NCBI GenBank assembly: GCA_963744145.1
Contig: CAVUSO010000001.1
Span: forward strand, 3,104,001 to 3,168,000
From: an uncultured cyanobacterium
GTDB taxonomy: Bacteria > Cyanobacteriota > Cyanobacteriia > Cyanobacteriales > CAWUOF01
Reading direction: 5' to 3'
Length of the DNA: 64,000 nt
Shown here: in pieces, positions 12,445 to 22,354 of the stretch
Position numbering within the stretch: position 1 is the first letter of the stretch
Layout: each line of letters opens with the position of its first letter
The notes under the pieces: model-generated
Told to the model about the DNA's origin: nothing
The model's input: only the letters and a program-made list of their open reading frames with translations
The model's database searches: none
Made by a program: the position numbers and the translations under genes

Positions 12445-13791
12445 ATGTATAAAAATCACCCAAGCATCCCGAGTCTTCCAGAGGTAAACCGCAGCATTAA
12501 TATTCCCAATGTCAAAAGCTTTTGGCGCAAAATGCTGGCTTATTCCGGACCCGGATATCTCGTTTCCGTCGGATATATGGACCCAGGTAATTGGGCTACT
12601 GATATTGCTGGGGGATCTAAATTTGGCTATTTATTACTAAGTGTCATTTTATTATCAAATTTAATAGCGGTTATATTACAAGCTTTATGTGTGCGTTTAG
12701 GAGTAGCAACAAAGCGAGATTTAGCGCAGCTATGCCGAGAATATTTTAGCCCGAAATTTAGCTTTTTTTTATGGGTAATTTGTGAAATTGCGATCGCTGC
12801 TTGTGACTTAGCTGAAGTCTTAGGAACAGCGATCGGTTTACAGCTTTTATTTAATCTTCCCTTAGTGTGGGGAGTAAGTTTAACAGCAATAGACACAATT
12901 TTTTTACTATTTCTCCAAGGCAAAGGTTTTCGTTATATCGAAGCTTTAGTAATCTCTTTAATCAGCTTAATTGGGGGTTGTTTTTTAGCAGAAATGATCT
13001 TTGCTCACCCTGATACAAATGATGTCTTATTAGGGTTCATTCCCCAAACTCAAATTTGGCAAAATCAAGATATTTTATATATTGCGATCAGCATTTTTGG
13101 TGCAACTGTAATGCCGCACAATCTTTATCTCCATTCATCAATAGTACAAACTCGCGCTTGGGGTGAAACGACAGAAAAGAAATGGGAAGCAATTAAATTT
13201 AGCAGCTTAGATTCAACCTTAGCATTGTCACTAGCCTTTTTTATTAATGCGGCTATTCTGATTGTTGCAGCTGCCACTTTTTATGTAGCTGGATATCATG
13301 AAATTGCAGAAATCCAAGATGCTTATAAATTATTATCTCCCTTATTAGGAGTTGGAACTGCTAGTATAATTTTTGCTGTTGCTTTAATTGCTTCTGGGCA
13401 AAATTCAACCCTGACTGGAACTTTAGCAGGACAAATTGTGATGGAAGGGTTCTTACAATTTCGGTTACCACCGTGGTTACGTCGATTAATCACCCGCTCC
13501 CTAGCAATTTTTCCAGCTTTAGTTTGTATAATTATCTTTGGCGAAAGTAGTACCAATAATCTCCTAATTTTCAGTCAAGTAATCTTAAGTTTACAGTTGT
13601 CTTTTGCGGTATTTCCCCTCGTGATGTTTACTAGCGATCGACGAATTATGGGTGAGTTTGTGAATCCTGAGTGGTTAAAAATTCTAGTCTGGTCAATTGG
13701 GATAATTATTGCTGGACTCAATCTGTGGTTACTGTGGCAAACTGGTGTAAGCTGGTTATCACCCAAGATTTCGGGTATATTTAACAATTAA
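12445..13791 (+). CDS. mntH: Nramp divalent metal (Mn2+) transporter
   Basis: YMDPGNW and GATVMPHNLYLHSS motifs; multi-TM. Confidence 0.95.
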   Translation: MYKNHPSIPSLPEVNRSINIPNVKSFWRKMLAYSGPGYLVSVGYMDPGNWATDIAGGSKFGYLLLSVILLSNLIAVILQALCVRLGVATKRDLAQLCREYFSPKFSFFLWVICEIAIAACDLAEVLGTAIGLQLLFNLPLVWGVSLTAIDTIFLLFLQGKGFRYIEALVISLISLIGGCFLAEMIFAHPDTNDVLLGFIPQTQIWQNQDILYIAISIFGATVMPHNLYLHSSIVQTRAWGETTEKKWEAIKFSSLDSTLALSLAFFINAAILIVAAATFYVAGYHEIAEIQDAYKLLSPLLGVGTASIIFAVALIASGQNSTLTGTLAGQIVMEGFLQFRLPPWLRRLITRSLAIFPALVCIIIFGESSTNNLLIFSQVILSLQLSFAVFPLVMFTSDRRIMGEFVNPEWLKILVWSIGIIIAGLNLWLLWQTGVSWLSPKISGIFNN

Positions 13792-14337
13792 TCGCGGTTA
13801 GCGCCACCCTAACCAGTCTGAGTAAAAGACCAGATAAAATGCTGCTAGTGGTAACAGAAGTCTACCCTCAACAGCTGATGTGATGGGAAAATAACAAACG
13901 AAGTATTGAAGACCGGATTGTCAGTTTAAGCCACTAAGGCGAGTTTTTTTGGGCTTTTTTATGTCTATTTCTGCAACTAACAATCTAGTCCGAGGTCGCT
14001 CATTACCAAATCTTATTTTGACGATAATCACCAACAACAAAAACTTATCTTTACTCCTGGTTGAAATGATTAATTAATCCTTCCCTTACTTTTTTATTAC
14101 TTTTTCAGCAAACCCTAGATAGAGAATTTGCAGCGTTTGGTTACCAGTGGATGATGGGATGGGACAGAAACTTTTGGGATGGCGATCGCCGGATCAGGCT
14201 TTTCGATCTCTGTAAATACACCCCAGATAGATTTTTGTAAGCAGGGATGCTATAAGTGAGGACTACACTCAATTACCATTCAATCAACCTGACAACATCA
14301 AGCCAAATCCTCTCGCAATTAAGGAACAGAAACCATA

Positions 14338-14547
14338 ATGAATACTCAAATTAGCGGTAATTTACCTAAAAATACAATTCGACAAATAGTAGAAAAAATC
14401 TTTACATCTGGTGCGATTACCCGTGCTGACCAAAAGTCCTTACGACAAGCAATGTTCGCTGATCATCAACTGAGTTCTGAAGATGCTGATCAAATCAAGC
14501 GAGTTTTCGATCGCTTGCAAATGGGATTGTTAAAAATTGTTGATTAA
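14338..14547 (+). CDS. Small hypothetical protein of a common cyanobacterial type
   Basis: AAGGA RBS; IRQIVEKIFTSGAIT...LQMGLLKIVD helical pattern. Confidence 0.7.
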   Translation: MNTQISGNLPKNTIRQIVEKIFTSGAITRADQKSLRQAMFADHQLSSEDADQIKRVFDRLQMGLLKIVD

Positions 14548-14641
14548 GATGCCATCAAAACCTGAAGGGGGGACTCTGATTTAATCAATAGGTAACGGCA
14601 ATTTTGAGTTCAATCACCAATTACCTATTGCCCATTGAGAA

Positions 14642-15037
14642 TTAATCCCCAGCTTCCTTGAGACAAGAAGCATTTTGAGATTCTTGCCAGAGTTTGAGGA
14701 TAAAAAACTCGGTACGATCGCTCATAGTCGTGACAAAGATCCCTTCGGCACTTTCGGAATTTGGGCCGATCCAAGTGCCGCACAGACTAATTTCCACATA
14801 TTCATGATCACAAACAGAGACAACCACCGAATCTAATCCATCCCGACTAGCTTGTGATTCGAGGTGAGATAATCCGGGTAAATCAGCACGGAGCAAAAAA
14901 GCCGCTGAACTGGGTTCGACACAGATATTATAACCAACGCGCAAAGCCAGAATCACTCGTGCCGTGACCCATTCCTCTAAGGATTGGGCTAAACGCTCCA
15001 TATAAAAGCCGGTTTCGGTGTAAGTGAATTTCAGCAT
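14642..15037 (-). CDS. Alr0857-family conserved cyanobacterial protein
   Basis: MLKxTYTE...LEEWVxxRVILALRVG...EPS..FLL..DLP; lies downstream of the HNH gene. Confidence 0.8.
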   Translation of the reverse strand: MLKFTYTETGFYMERLAQSLEEWVTARVILALRVGYNICVEPSSAAFLLRADLPGLSHLESQASRDGLDSVVVSVCDHEYVEISLCGTWIGPNSESAEGIFVTTMSDRTEFFILKLWQESQNASCLKEAGD

Positions 15038-15112
15038 ATTGGGTGCTTCCTTGTTCGTGCTTGATTCTAGTCAAAGGTGATTGGTGGCATAATTAGTCCA
15101 ATCACCTAGTTC

Positions 15113-15628
15113 TTATTCCTGAAACTGCTGTTCCCGCCAAAACTTTTCGGAAAATGCCACAGTGGGATGGATGGGGGCTCTGGGTTGATTAGAGAGAGCC
15201 ATTCCCGCTTCACTCGGAGTGCGATCGCCTTTGCGAGTGTTACATTTTTCACAAGCTGCAACGACGTTATCCCAGGTATGTGGTCCCCCTTTCGAGCGGG
15301 GCATAACGTGATCCAAAGTCAGACGCTTGGTGCTACCACAGTATTGACAAGTATGGCGATCGCGACGGAGAATTTCCCGACGGTTGACGGGGGGCACTTT
15401 CCATAACCGTTCTGTACTCAACGCAGTGAGACGGATATGTTCTGGGACTTGAAACACCAGACTGGGCGATCGGACACTGACGGTATGACCAATATCAAAA
15501 TCTAGGGGTTCTGCTTTACCTGTCACCAACAGCACGATCGCTCGCTTAATATTGACTCGACTTAAAGGTAAGTAGTTTTTGGAAAATACCACGACCGAAT
15601 GGGCTAATACGTCTGTTGTGGTTCTCAC
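15113..15628 (-). CDS. HNH endonuclease (McrA-like)
   Basis: RRDxHTCQYCG, TLDHVMPRSKGG, WDNVVAACxxCNxxK; GTG 15628 preceded by GAGGAG. Confidence 0.92.
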   Translation of the reverse strand: MRTTTDVLAHSVVVFSKNYLPLSRVNIKRAIVLLVTGKAEPLDFDIGHTVSVRSPSLVFQVPEHIRLTALSTERLWKVPPVNRREILRRDRHTCQYCGSTKRLTLDHVMPRSKGGPHTWDNVVAACEKCNTRKGDRTPSEAGMALSNQPRAPIHPTVAFSEKFWREQQFQE

Positions 15629-15644
15629 TGGTTGACTCCTCATA

Positions 15645-15680
15645 CAAAAACCCCCGTTTCTGTGATTTAGAAGCGGGGGT
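15645..15680 (-). terminator. Intrinsic terminator / candidate attenuator just upstream of the HNH gene RBS
   Basis: Minus strand ACCCCCGCTTCT-7 nt-AGAAACGGGGGT followed by a T run. Confidence 0.75.
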
Positions 15681-15709
15681 ACGGAAAACTGGTCTGAGGT
15701 CTTCTCGTT

Positions 15710-15940
15710 TTATATTGGTACAGCATGGTTTTGCTCGTACCCCCTACTTTTTTGCCAAAGTTCTTGTTCTACACCCTGCCAATCAATGGTGCTTTCACCA
15801 TTATGACCAATATTGTTGATTGGGGACAAAAAGCTATATGTTTCTATAAACAGCGCGACGACGGGCATGGCCGCTTGTTCCCCAGATCCCGTCGAGCGGG
15901 TGGGAGCAGTTGGGAGGGAGACGGGCGTTAGTGATGTCAT
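15710..15940 (-). CDS. Small leader-like ORF upstream of the HNH gene (start 15940 or 15868)
   Basis: MPVVALF...GESTIDWQGV...RGY...HAVP; lies between the promoter and the terminator. Confidence 0.55.
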   Translation of the reverse strand: MTSLTPVSLPTAPTRSTGSGEQAAMPVVALFIETYSFLSPINNIGHNGESTIDWQGVEQELWQKSRGYEQNHAVPI

Positions 15941-15983
15941 GAAAATAGTGTTTGAAGGCTGTAATTTCAATATAACTATATAT

Positions 15984-16012
15984 ATACTACACTTGTATTA
16001 TTACACTGTCTA
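15984..16012 (-). promoter_or_regulatory. Sigma70-type promoter with TGTA(A/G)TA operator-like repeats
   Basis: Minus strand TAGACA-17 nt-TAGTAT, containing TGTAATAA and TGTAGTAT. Confidence 0.65.
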
Positions 16013-16033
16013 CCCCTAAAAGGAGAAAAAATT

Positions 16034-16369
16034 ATGCAGACCCTTCATCGCACTTCAACTACCGAAATGGAAGTAACGAGCATTAGACTAGAAAGAGAAC
16101 TGAAGGAAAATCTCAAGGACATCGCAGGTGGTCAAGGTTATCAGGCGCTAATTCGAGATATACTCTGGAACTATGTCCAGCAGAAATCGGGTGAATATCG
16201 ACCCCAGTTTTCCCGGACCGATATCCGGGCCAGTATTGCCGCGACAGCCCAGCGAGAGGAACATTGTGTTCTGACTGGACAGTTAATTAGACCAAAAGAG
16301 CCGATGTTTTTAGGTTTGACAGTCAATGGAGATATGGTTCCCTTAAGTGCCAAAAGTTTAGGTAATTAG
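16034..16369 (+). CDS. trcR: Ribbon-helix-helix transcriptional repressor, TrcR (All0854)-like
   Basis: RHH pattern VTSIRLERELKExLK...GYQALIRDILW; AAGGAG RBS; divergent synteny with HNH and Alr0857-like genes as recalled from Anabaena. Confidence 0.72.
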   Translation: MQTLHRTSTTEMEVTSIRLERELKENLKDIAGGQGYQALIRDILWNYVQQKSGEYRPQFSRTDIRASIAATAQREEHCVLTGQLIRPKEPMFLGLTVNGDMVPLSAKSLGN

Positions 16370-16374
16370 GAGAT

Positions 16375-16932
16375 CTCGGCGCAGAAGAAGAAGGGCGAAG
16401 CATTCGGATCTAATATTAACCCATTTAAGTGATAAATTGTCGCCCGAATGCTTCGCCCCTACACCCGATTGATCGGCAAGCGATCGCTGATTAAATACCA
16501 ATCTAGTTCAGTTCCTCGTAGGGGCAAAGCATTTCGGCAAATAAATGATTGCTTAAACGAAGGATAATATTACCGAAATGCTTTGCCCTCACCATCTATG
16601 CAGCCAACAGATCAACTAGATATTACAATACATTCAGTTCAGAATTTTTTGAGAGCTCGGCACAGAAGAAGGGCGAAGCATTCGGATCTAATATTACTGG
16701 CTTGATTGCTCAATTATCGCCCGAATGCTTCGCCCCTACACCCCATTGATCTACAAGCGATCGCTGATTAAATATCAATATAGTTCAGTTACTCGTAGGG
16801 GCAAAGCATTTCGGCGCATAAATGATTGCTTAAACGTTTACCCTGAGTGTTCCCTGAGTTTACCCTGAGCGGAGTCGAAGGGCGTAGTCGAAGGGAAGCA
16901 TAATATTACCGAAATGCGAGAGCCCTCACCAT
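16375..16932. repeat. Two tandem copies (16375-16595, 16656-16932) of a REP-like double-hairpin unit
   Basis: GGGCGAAGCATTCG...CGAATGCTTCGCCC and GGGCAAAGCATTTCGG...CCGAAATGCTTTGCCC pairs; related hairpin at about 36885-36960. Confidence 0.85.
16837..16895. mobile_element. Nested small dispersed repeat insertion (CCCTGAG...AGTCGAAGGG)
   Basis: 59 nt present in repeat copy 2 and absent from copy 1; three CCCTGAG and two AGTCGAAGGG halves. Confidence 0.75.
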
Positions 16933-16941
16933 TGATGAACT

Positions 16942-17157
16942 ATGCGTGATCTTGAAACTGCATTAGGTCAATATCTCATTTATCGGGCTTTACTATCTAT
17001 CGATCATCCCGATTACCAATTATATTTGGCAATCGGTCAAAAGATTTACGAAGGCTTTTTCCAGAAAATTGCGATTAAATTTATTCTGGAAACCTACCAA
17101 GTTTCCTGATTAGTTATTGATTTGAATAGAGAGGAGATTATCCAATGGAAAAGATAA
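16942..17157 (+). pseudogene. xisH: xisH 3' fragment with internal stop
   Basis: DLETALGQYLIYR...LYLAI...EEIIQW; TGA at 17107; 5' part replaced by repeats. Confidence 0.85.
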
Positions 17158-17486
17158 TTCATTATCAAAACTTGATTAAGCAAATTTTAACTGAATACGA
17201 ACGTATTTCAGCACAAGCTCCTGTCCCTGATATAGATGAAGTGTTAATGTTTGATGATGAAAGAAAACAATATCTTTGGTTTAATATTGGATGGAAACAA
17301 GGGAAAAGAGTTAAAGGAATTTCTGTTTATGTTCGCATTAAAAATGAGAAAATTTATATTGAAGAAGATTGGACTGAGGAAGGAATTGCTACCGAATTAT
17401 TAAGGGAAGGTGTACCGAAAGAGGATATTGTTTTAGCTTTTCATGATCCGGAAACTCGTAAATTAACTGAGTTTGCGTTAGCGTAG
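17145..17486 (+). CDS. xisI: XisI family protein
   Basis: FDDER..Y.W...GW, KIYIEEDWTEEGIA.EL...GVPKEDIVLAF. Confidence 0.93.
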   Translation: MEKIIHYQNLIKQILTEYERISAQAPVPDIDEVLMFDDERKQYLWFNIGWKQGKRVKGISVYVRIKNEKIYIEEDWTEEGIATELLREGVPKEDIVLAFHDPETRKLTEFALA

Positions 17487-17498
17487 CTTACCGTAGGT
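17478..17498. mobile_element. 21-nt insertion splitting a HIP1 site (SDR5-like)
   Basis: GCG|TTAGCGTAGCTTACCGTAGGT|ATCGC. Confidence 0.8.
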
Positions 17499-17514
17499 AT
17501 CGCTTAAATTACCA

Positions 17515-18380
17515 TCAATCTTTACAGCAATTTCTCATATATTCCCGAAAAACTGGAGACAAAGTAAACAGGGTTTTATCAGCTTTGATTTTGGTGACTA
17601 AATACCGTTGTTGTAAAGATTGTAACCCATTAATTAAATCTATTGATGATAAATCTAAACCCTGTCTTAAATCTTCTCTGGATACTTGATCAATTTTACT
17701 AAATTTTAAGACAAGTTGCTGTTCTATGGGTGATAGTCTGCTAAATAACTGGTTAAAGTGCGATCGCATCTTGTTTGTTACCACAGGTAAGATACTTATG
17801 CTACTATTTTCTGATAAAAATTCCGCTACATTACCATCAAAAATATCTTTAATTAAAATAGCAACATCTTTTAAATACATCGGATTACCTTGATATAACT
17901 CAATCAAAGTTGACCAACTATCCTCATCCTTTAATCCTGTATTTTTAAAGATTTCAACATTATCTAAACCGGACAATGATAAACTCTTAATAGGATATAA
18001 TTCCTCATCTAAACAGTGCATTTCTGGATATTGTTCTTGACTAATTAATATCACATTACTTTGATGTTCAACTTCTGTAATTATCTTAAAAAAGTTTTGA
18101 TAATCTTTGTATTCAGTTTGATATTGTCCTGCAAATTCACTATCAGTAAAGAGATTTTGCACATCATCAAGGATAATTAAACATTTTTTCTCAGTGAAAA
18201 TATCAAATAATTGTTTTAATTTATCATCTATAGTTCCGTTGGCTTCTTGTTTACAAACATTCAATAAATCATTAATGAGTAACTCTAATGATTTAGGAAA
18301 TTTTAAACTTCTCCATATAATTATCTCAAATTGTTGTAAATTTATATCGACAAATCTTTTAACTAGAATGGTTTTACCAG
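17515..18380 (-). pseudogene. 5'-truncated NB-ARC/STAND ATPase
   Basis: Starts inside Walker A (GKTxLVK); IIWRSL, CLIILDDVQ, YQGNPxYLK, LxxRYL motifs. Confidence 0.8.
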
Positions 18381-19393
18381 TCAAAGGGATTGAAGTTAAA
18401 TTCAATGAAATTGAAGGAGTTAATGGAGCATTAATCGCCTATGATATGCCCGGATTAGGTGAAAGTCGTCTTAAACAAAAAGAACATATTGCTCTATACT
18501 GAGAAGTCTTAAAAGATGTTGATGTAGCTTTATGGATTTTGGATGGTCAAAATAGAGCGATCGCCCAAATACAAGAATATCTCGAAGTTGAATTAAAATC
18601 AATTCATCCTAAACTTTTAGAAAGGATGGTTATTGCTTTAAATAAAGTAGATTTGATCCATCCTGGTGAAACTCATTGGCATCCTTTAGCCAATTTACCT
18701 AGTGAGGAGCAAGAAGAAAATATAAAAGGAAGAATCCGTGATGTTAAAAGAAAAATTCGTGAGGTACTTCCTAACTGGCGAGGTAAAATTATTGGTTATT
18801 CCGCTAATACCAATTAACTATGAAATTGCACTTAATCTGAGGTTGATCTGTTAGGTCAGGGCAGGTTTATAATGGTGATCTGTTGGTGGCAAAATTGACT
18901 GGTGAACCTGCCCCTACCAATTTTATCCTCAATTTGCGGATTTCTGTAGTAGGGGCGGGTTCGCCCAGATTTTTGAAATTTACCAATTAATTAGAAAAAC
19001 CCGCCCGGGTTCACCGAGATGTTTGACATTTACCTACTAATCATCAAAACCCACCCTCACCCACAGATCAATATACATCAATGTATCTTCATGGTGAATT
19101 GGTATAATAAAAGATACAATTTACCTCATCTTTTTGATGCCATGATGGATGCTGTACCTCGTAAAAGAAAATGGGTAGTTGCATCTCGTAAAGCCTTAGC
19201 TGATTTTCTTGAATTAGTCCATCCTCAATTATTACCTCCAGAAAAAAGACGGGAAAGATTACAAAATCAACACTCTCGACCATCAAAAATGTCATTGTCA
19301 GATATTGTTGCTAATATGCCTCGTGAAGAATTTGCTAAATTATCAAGTAATAAAGCGGATTTTGAACAATGGTTAAAAGAACAAGGTTTGTGA
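18381..19393 (+). pseudogene. Era/YkfA-like GTPase remnant: no G1, internal stop, MITE insertion
   Basis: G3 DMPGLGES, G4 NKVD; TGA at 18500; YSAN|KRYNL split by the insertion. Confidence 0.8.
18807..19105. mobile_element. About 300-bp MITE-like element with internal REP hairpins
   Basis: Terminal inverted repeats ATACCAATT.../...AATTGGTAT; removing it restores the GTPase reading frame. Confidence 0.8.
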
Positions 19394-19446
19394 CAATTAT
19401 TTAACAATTGGTCAATTCAAATTAATTTAATCAAGGAGAAGTTAAA

Positions 19447-19728
19447 ATGATTCACGTTGCAAGTCAATATGATATTCCTGCTGATGATCTACAAACAATT
19501 AGAAATAGATTGATCAATCAAATCAAATCAATGGATGATTCTGAGTTGAGAATTATTCAACAATCACAAAAAGATTTTAGGGATTATATTGCTGATATTT
19601 TTAAAACAGTTGCTGCTACTTTTGGTTATGTTATTGGAGTAGTAATTGGAACAATAGAAGAAATATGTTATGGAATTAAAGAAGGTTTTGAAGGAGGATT
19701 TAATGCTGGAAGAAGAAAAAGAAGGTAA
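19447..19728 (+). CDS. Small hypothetical protein, paralog A
   Basis: AAGGAG RBS; clearly similar to the next ORF. Confidence 0.8.
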   Translation: MIHVASQYDIPADDLQTIRNRLINQIKSMDDSELRIIQQSQKDFRDYIADIFKTVAATFGYVIGVVIGTIEEICYGIKEGFEGGFNAGRRKRR

Positions 19729-19776
19729 GGTAAATAAATTTAATTTTAATGCTTTTAAATAAAAAGGAGTATAACT

Positions 19777-20127
19777 ATGGTTAATGTTTCTAATCAAAAT
19801 GAAATTCCTCATGATGATCTAGTACAAATTAGAGCTAGATTGATTAGTCACATAAACTCTATGACTGAAGCTGAGTTGAGAACTGTCTCAAAATCAGAAA
19901 AGGATCTTAGAGATTATATTGCTGATATTTTTAAATCAGTTGCGGCGAGTTTAGGCTATATTATTTGTGTAATAGTTGGAACATCTGAAGAAATATTAGG
20001 CGGAATAAAAATAGGTTTTAGAGATGGTTATAAAAACGGTCGTGATCCAAATTCAAGTAATCCAGTTTTGGGATTTATAATTATAGCAATTGTAACATTT
20101 ATATTAATATTGATATTCAAAAAATGA
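19777..20127 (+). CDS. Small hypothetical protein, paralog B, with C-terminal TM anchor
   Basis: AAGGAG RBS; shares IPxDDLxxIRxRLI...RDYIADIFKxVA with paralog A. Confidence 0.8.
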   Translation: MVNVSNQNEIPHDDLVQIRARLISHINSMTEAELRTVSKSEKDLRDYIADIFKSVAASLGYIICVIVGTSEEILGGIKIGFRDGYKNGRDPNSSNPVLGFIIIAIVTFILILIFKK

Positions 20128-20549
20128 GCGAATGGATACCCTTACCTTTTCCAAAATGTCCAAGATGCCAAAAATCTTGGGTAAAAAGTTATCATGATTG
20201 TTTCTCTAGTAGTGAAGTTTTAGTTGAGCCCTATCAAAGACAAGCAAAATGTGAAGGTTGTGGGAAAGAATGGTATTTACTAAACAGTCAATTTAATTGT
20301 TCTTGTGGATATGCTTTTCAAGCATCGGAAGTAGAAAAGGCGCTTTCAACAAATCAATTATTAAGACAGCGTTTAATTCATAAACTTAATGAAATGGATA
20401 TTTTTGAAAGGAGTATTAAAACTAAATCTCAAAGTTCTTTTAAAGAATGGATTGATAGTATTAGTTATGAAATCGGAAAGTTATTGGGAGCAACTACAAG
20501 TCAAGCAAAACAGTTAATTGAAAATTTTTTTGAAAAGTGGCCATTTTAA
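20124..20549 (+). CDS. Cys-rich zinc-ribbon protein
   Basis: CPRC, HDC, CEGC, CSCG; ATGA overlap with the upstream gene. Confidence 0.75.
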   Translation: MSEWIPLPFPKCPRCQKSWVKSYHDCFSSSEVLVEPYQRQAKCEGCGKEWYLLNSQFNCSCGYAFQASEVEKALSTNQLLRQRLIHKLNEMDIFERSIKTKSQSSFKEWIDSISYEIGKLLGATTSQAKQLIENFFEKWPF

Positions 20550-20740
20550 CTATTCTCTATTTTATAAACTTTTTAAGAATAATAATTTGGGGTTTATTTT
20601 TTGTTGCATAAACTATCTAGTGCGATTTCGGAAAATGCAGAATAGTTTATATTTCTAACCAATTCTCTAAATTTAAAACCTCATTTCTCAATAAATTACT
20701 CTCATTATGTATTATATTAATTCTAAAAAATCCTCGATTG

Positions 20741-20938
20741 TTAAATCACAATCTTGAAGGATTTTAGCAAATAAACCTCATTTTCTATTTCTAAACAGAG
20801 TTCAATAGCCTCTTTTATTCTCTCTATTAATTCATCAAAAGTTCGGGCTTGAGTGTGACATCCTTTTAATGTAGGTACAGAAGCTACTAAATACCCATCC
20901 GCATCTTTTTCAATAATTACATTAAAATATTCACTCAT
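20741..20938 (-). CDS. hicB: HicB-family antitoxin (short, no adjacent hicA seen)
   Basis: VIIEKDxDG..ASVPxLxGCHTQAxTxDEL..RIKEAIELCLE. Confidence 0.85.
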   Translation of the reverse strand: MSEYFNVIIEKDADGYLVASVPTLKGCHTQARTFDELIERIKEAIELCLEIENEVYLLKSFKIVI

Positions 20939-20989
20939 ATTTCTCCTGGTTTGGCGATCGCATTACTGAGATTATCCTCAAGATAAAGT

Positions 20990-21505
20990 TCAAATTAACA
21001 CCCTTGAAACACTAAAAGCAGGTTTAATAAACTCATTTTTATCCTCTAAACTAATATAACTCTGAATCATTGCAAGTTCCATTAATTCAGTTAAAAACCG
21101 CTTTAACTCTTCTAACACTTGTTGCTTATTTAATATCACTAATTTTTCCTCTGTTGAATAACCAAATTCCCTCAAATAACATTTAATCTCATCACCAATA
21201 GGCACAAACTTAATAATTAACCAACAGCTTTCAGCAAACTCTAACTCAATCGCGTTACCTGTTTCTAACTGAGCAATTAATTCAGGTAAATTATCCTCTA
21301 ATATCATGCAAATATCAGGATCTAGAAAAACAAAATATTCCTCATTAGCAACTCTAACTAAAACCTGACAATCGTATTCATAACAAAACTTTCTTATCCC
21401 TAATTCAAAAGCTGATAATTCTCCTAAAGGATCATCAGGAGGAGGGGCGAAGTTTTCTAAATTACGCTCTTTTAATTGAATTTCAAACTGATCATTACTA
21501 TTCAT
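20990..21505 (-). CDS. Acidic hypothetical protein, putative immunity protein
   Basis: Coupled by ATGA overlap to the upstream toxin-like ORF. Confidence 0.5.
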   Translation of the reverse strand: MNSNDQFEIQLKERNLENFAPPPDDPLGELSAFELGIRKFCYEYDCQVLVRVANEEYFVFLDPDICMILEDNLPELIAQLETGNAIELEFAESCWLIIKFVPIGDEIKCYLREFGYSTEEKLVILNKQQVLEELKRFLTELMELAMIQSYISLEDKNEFIKPAFSVSRVLI

Positions 21506-21948
21506 ATTTCTCTCCTTAAATTGTAAGTATCTTCTACTGGATAAGCATATCTTAAAGTACCATCAGGTTTTCTTTTAATATTAATGCGAGTTACATTTTC
21601 CGTAATTGTTCCATCTCTATGATAAACTCTACCCACAGGACGCTTAAAATCAATGATATATCTACCCGAATATTTGGGTGTTACTCTTTCAGCTAAAATT
21701 ATATCATCATCATTTAACCATTGTCCTTGATCTCGATTACTACTTGCTATCCTTCCCTGAATTTGAGCAGGTTTAAGATGTGAACCATGATGCCGTAAAA
21801 TATGATCATAAACTTTAGCACATTTAGGATTATCCCATTGAGGCTCTTTTCCAGTCCCTTTCCATTCACAACCACTACCTACCTCAACCGTTGAATTAAT
21901 AATATCAGCTTCAACAATTTCGATCGAGTCTAATTCATCAAACGACAA
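21502..21948 (-). CDS. Putative polymorphic-toxin-like nuclease domain
   Basis: YDHILRHHG...GRVY..DGT...AYP pattern typical of toxin RNase tips. Confidence 0.5.
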   Translation of the reverse strand: MSFDELDSIEIVEADIINSTVEVGSGCEWKGTGKEPQWDNPKCAKVYDHILRHHGSHLKPAQIQGRIASSNRDQGQWLNDDDIILAERVTPKYSGRYIIDFKRPVGRVYHRDGTITENVTRINIKRKPDGTLRYAYPVEDTYNLRREI

Positions 21949-22030
21949 TCAATTTAACCTCATCATGAATCAATATAATGTTATCAAAACCCAAAAACGT
22001 ATATTGGTATCTAATAAATAAGTCATGGGT

Positions 22031-22354
22031 TTATTTTCGTTTAATGACCTCATCAAAAATAGCTATTTGCTCAGGTGTTAATTCATTCAAAGTTCCTGCT
22101 ACTGCTTCTGTCACCATAATTGAGCTACAACGTTTTTTTAATTCCTGCTCTGACAGCGCATTGAATTGTTCAATAAGTAAATTTTCCTGAAATATTTGAA
22201 ATAAGTGCTTAATCATTTCTGCGTGATTAAGTTCTTTTTTAAACAAAGGACGTTCTTCCATTAAAACAGAAACTACTTGCTCAATTCTCTTCAGCATTGA
22301 TTCTGGTCTCATATCAGTTGATAACATGATGATTGCCTCTGGTATAAACAACAT
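22031..22354 (-). CDS. Hypothetical protein (start uncertain)
   Basis: ORF co-oriented with the downstream pair; ends LNELTPEQIAIFDEVIKR. Confidence 0.6.
   Translation of the reverse strand: MLFIPEAIIMLSTDMRPESMLKRIEQVVSVLMEERPLFKKELNHAEMIKHLFQIFQENLLIEQFNALSEQELKKRCSSIMVTEAVAGTLNELTPEQIAIFDEVIKRK

Noticed and set aside
13792..14337. Long intergenic region with small hairpins and T runs
   Set aside because: No convincing ncRNA or riboswitch motif could be supported by eye
16549..16749. 66-aa ORF
   Set aside because: Lies entirely within repeat DNA
16375..16932. CRISPR array
   Set aside because: Units are long palindromic REP-like pairs without regular unique spacers; no cas genes in the window
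19019..19393. Independent 124-aa gene
   Set aside because: Its start lies inside the MITE; the remainder is the GTPase C-terminus
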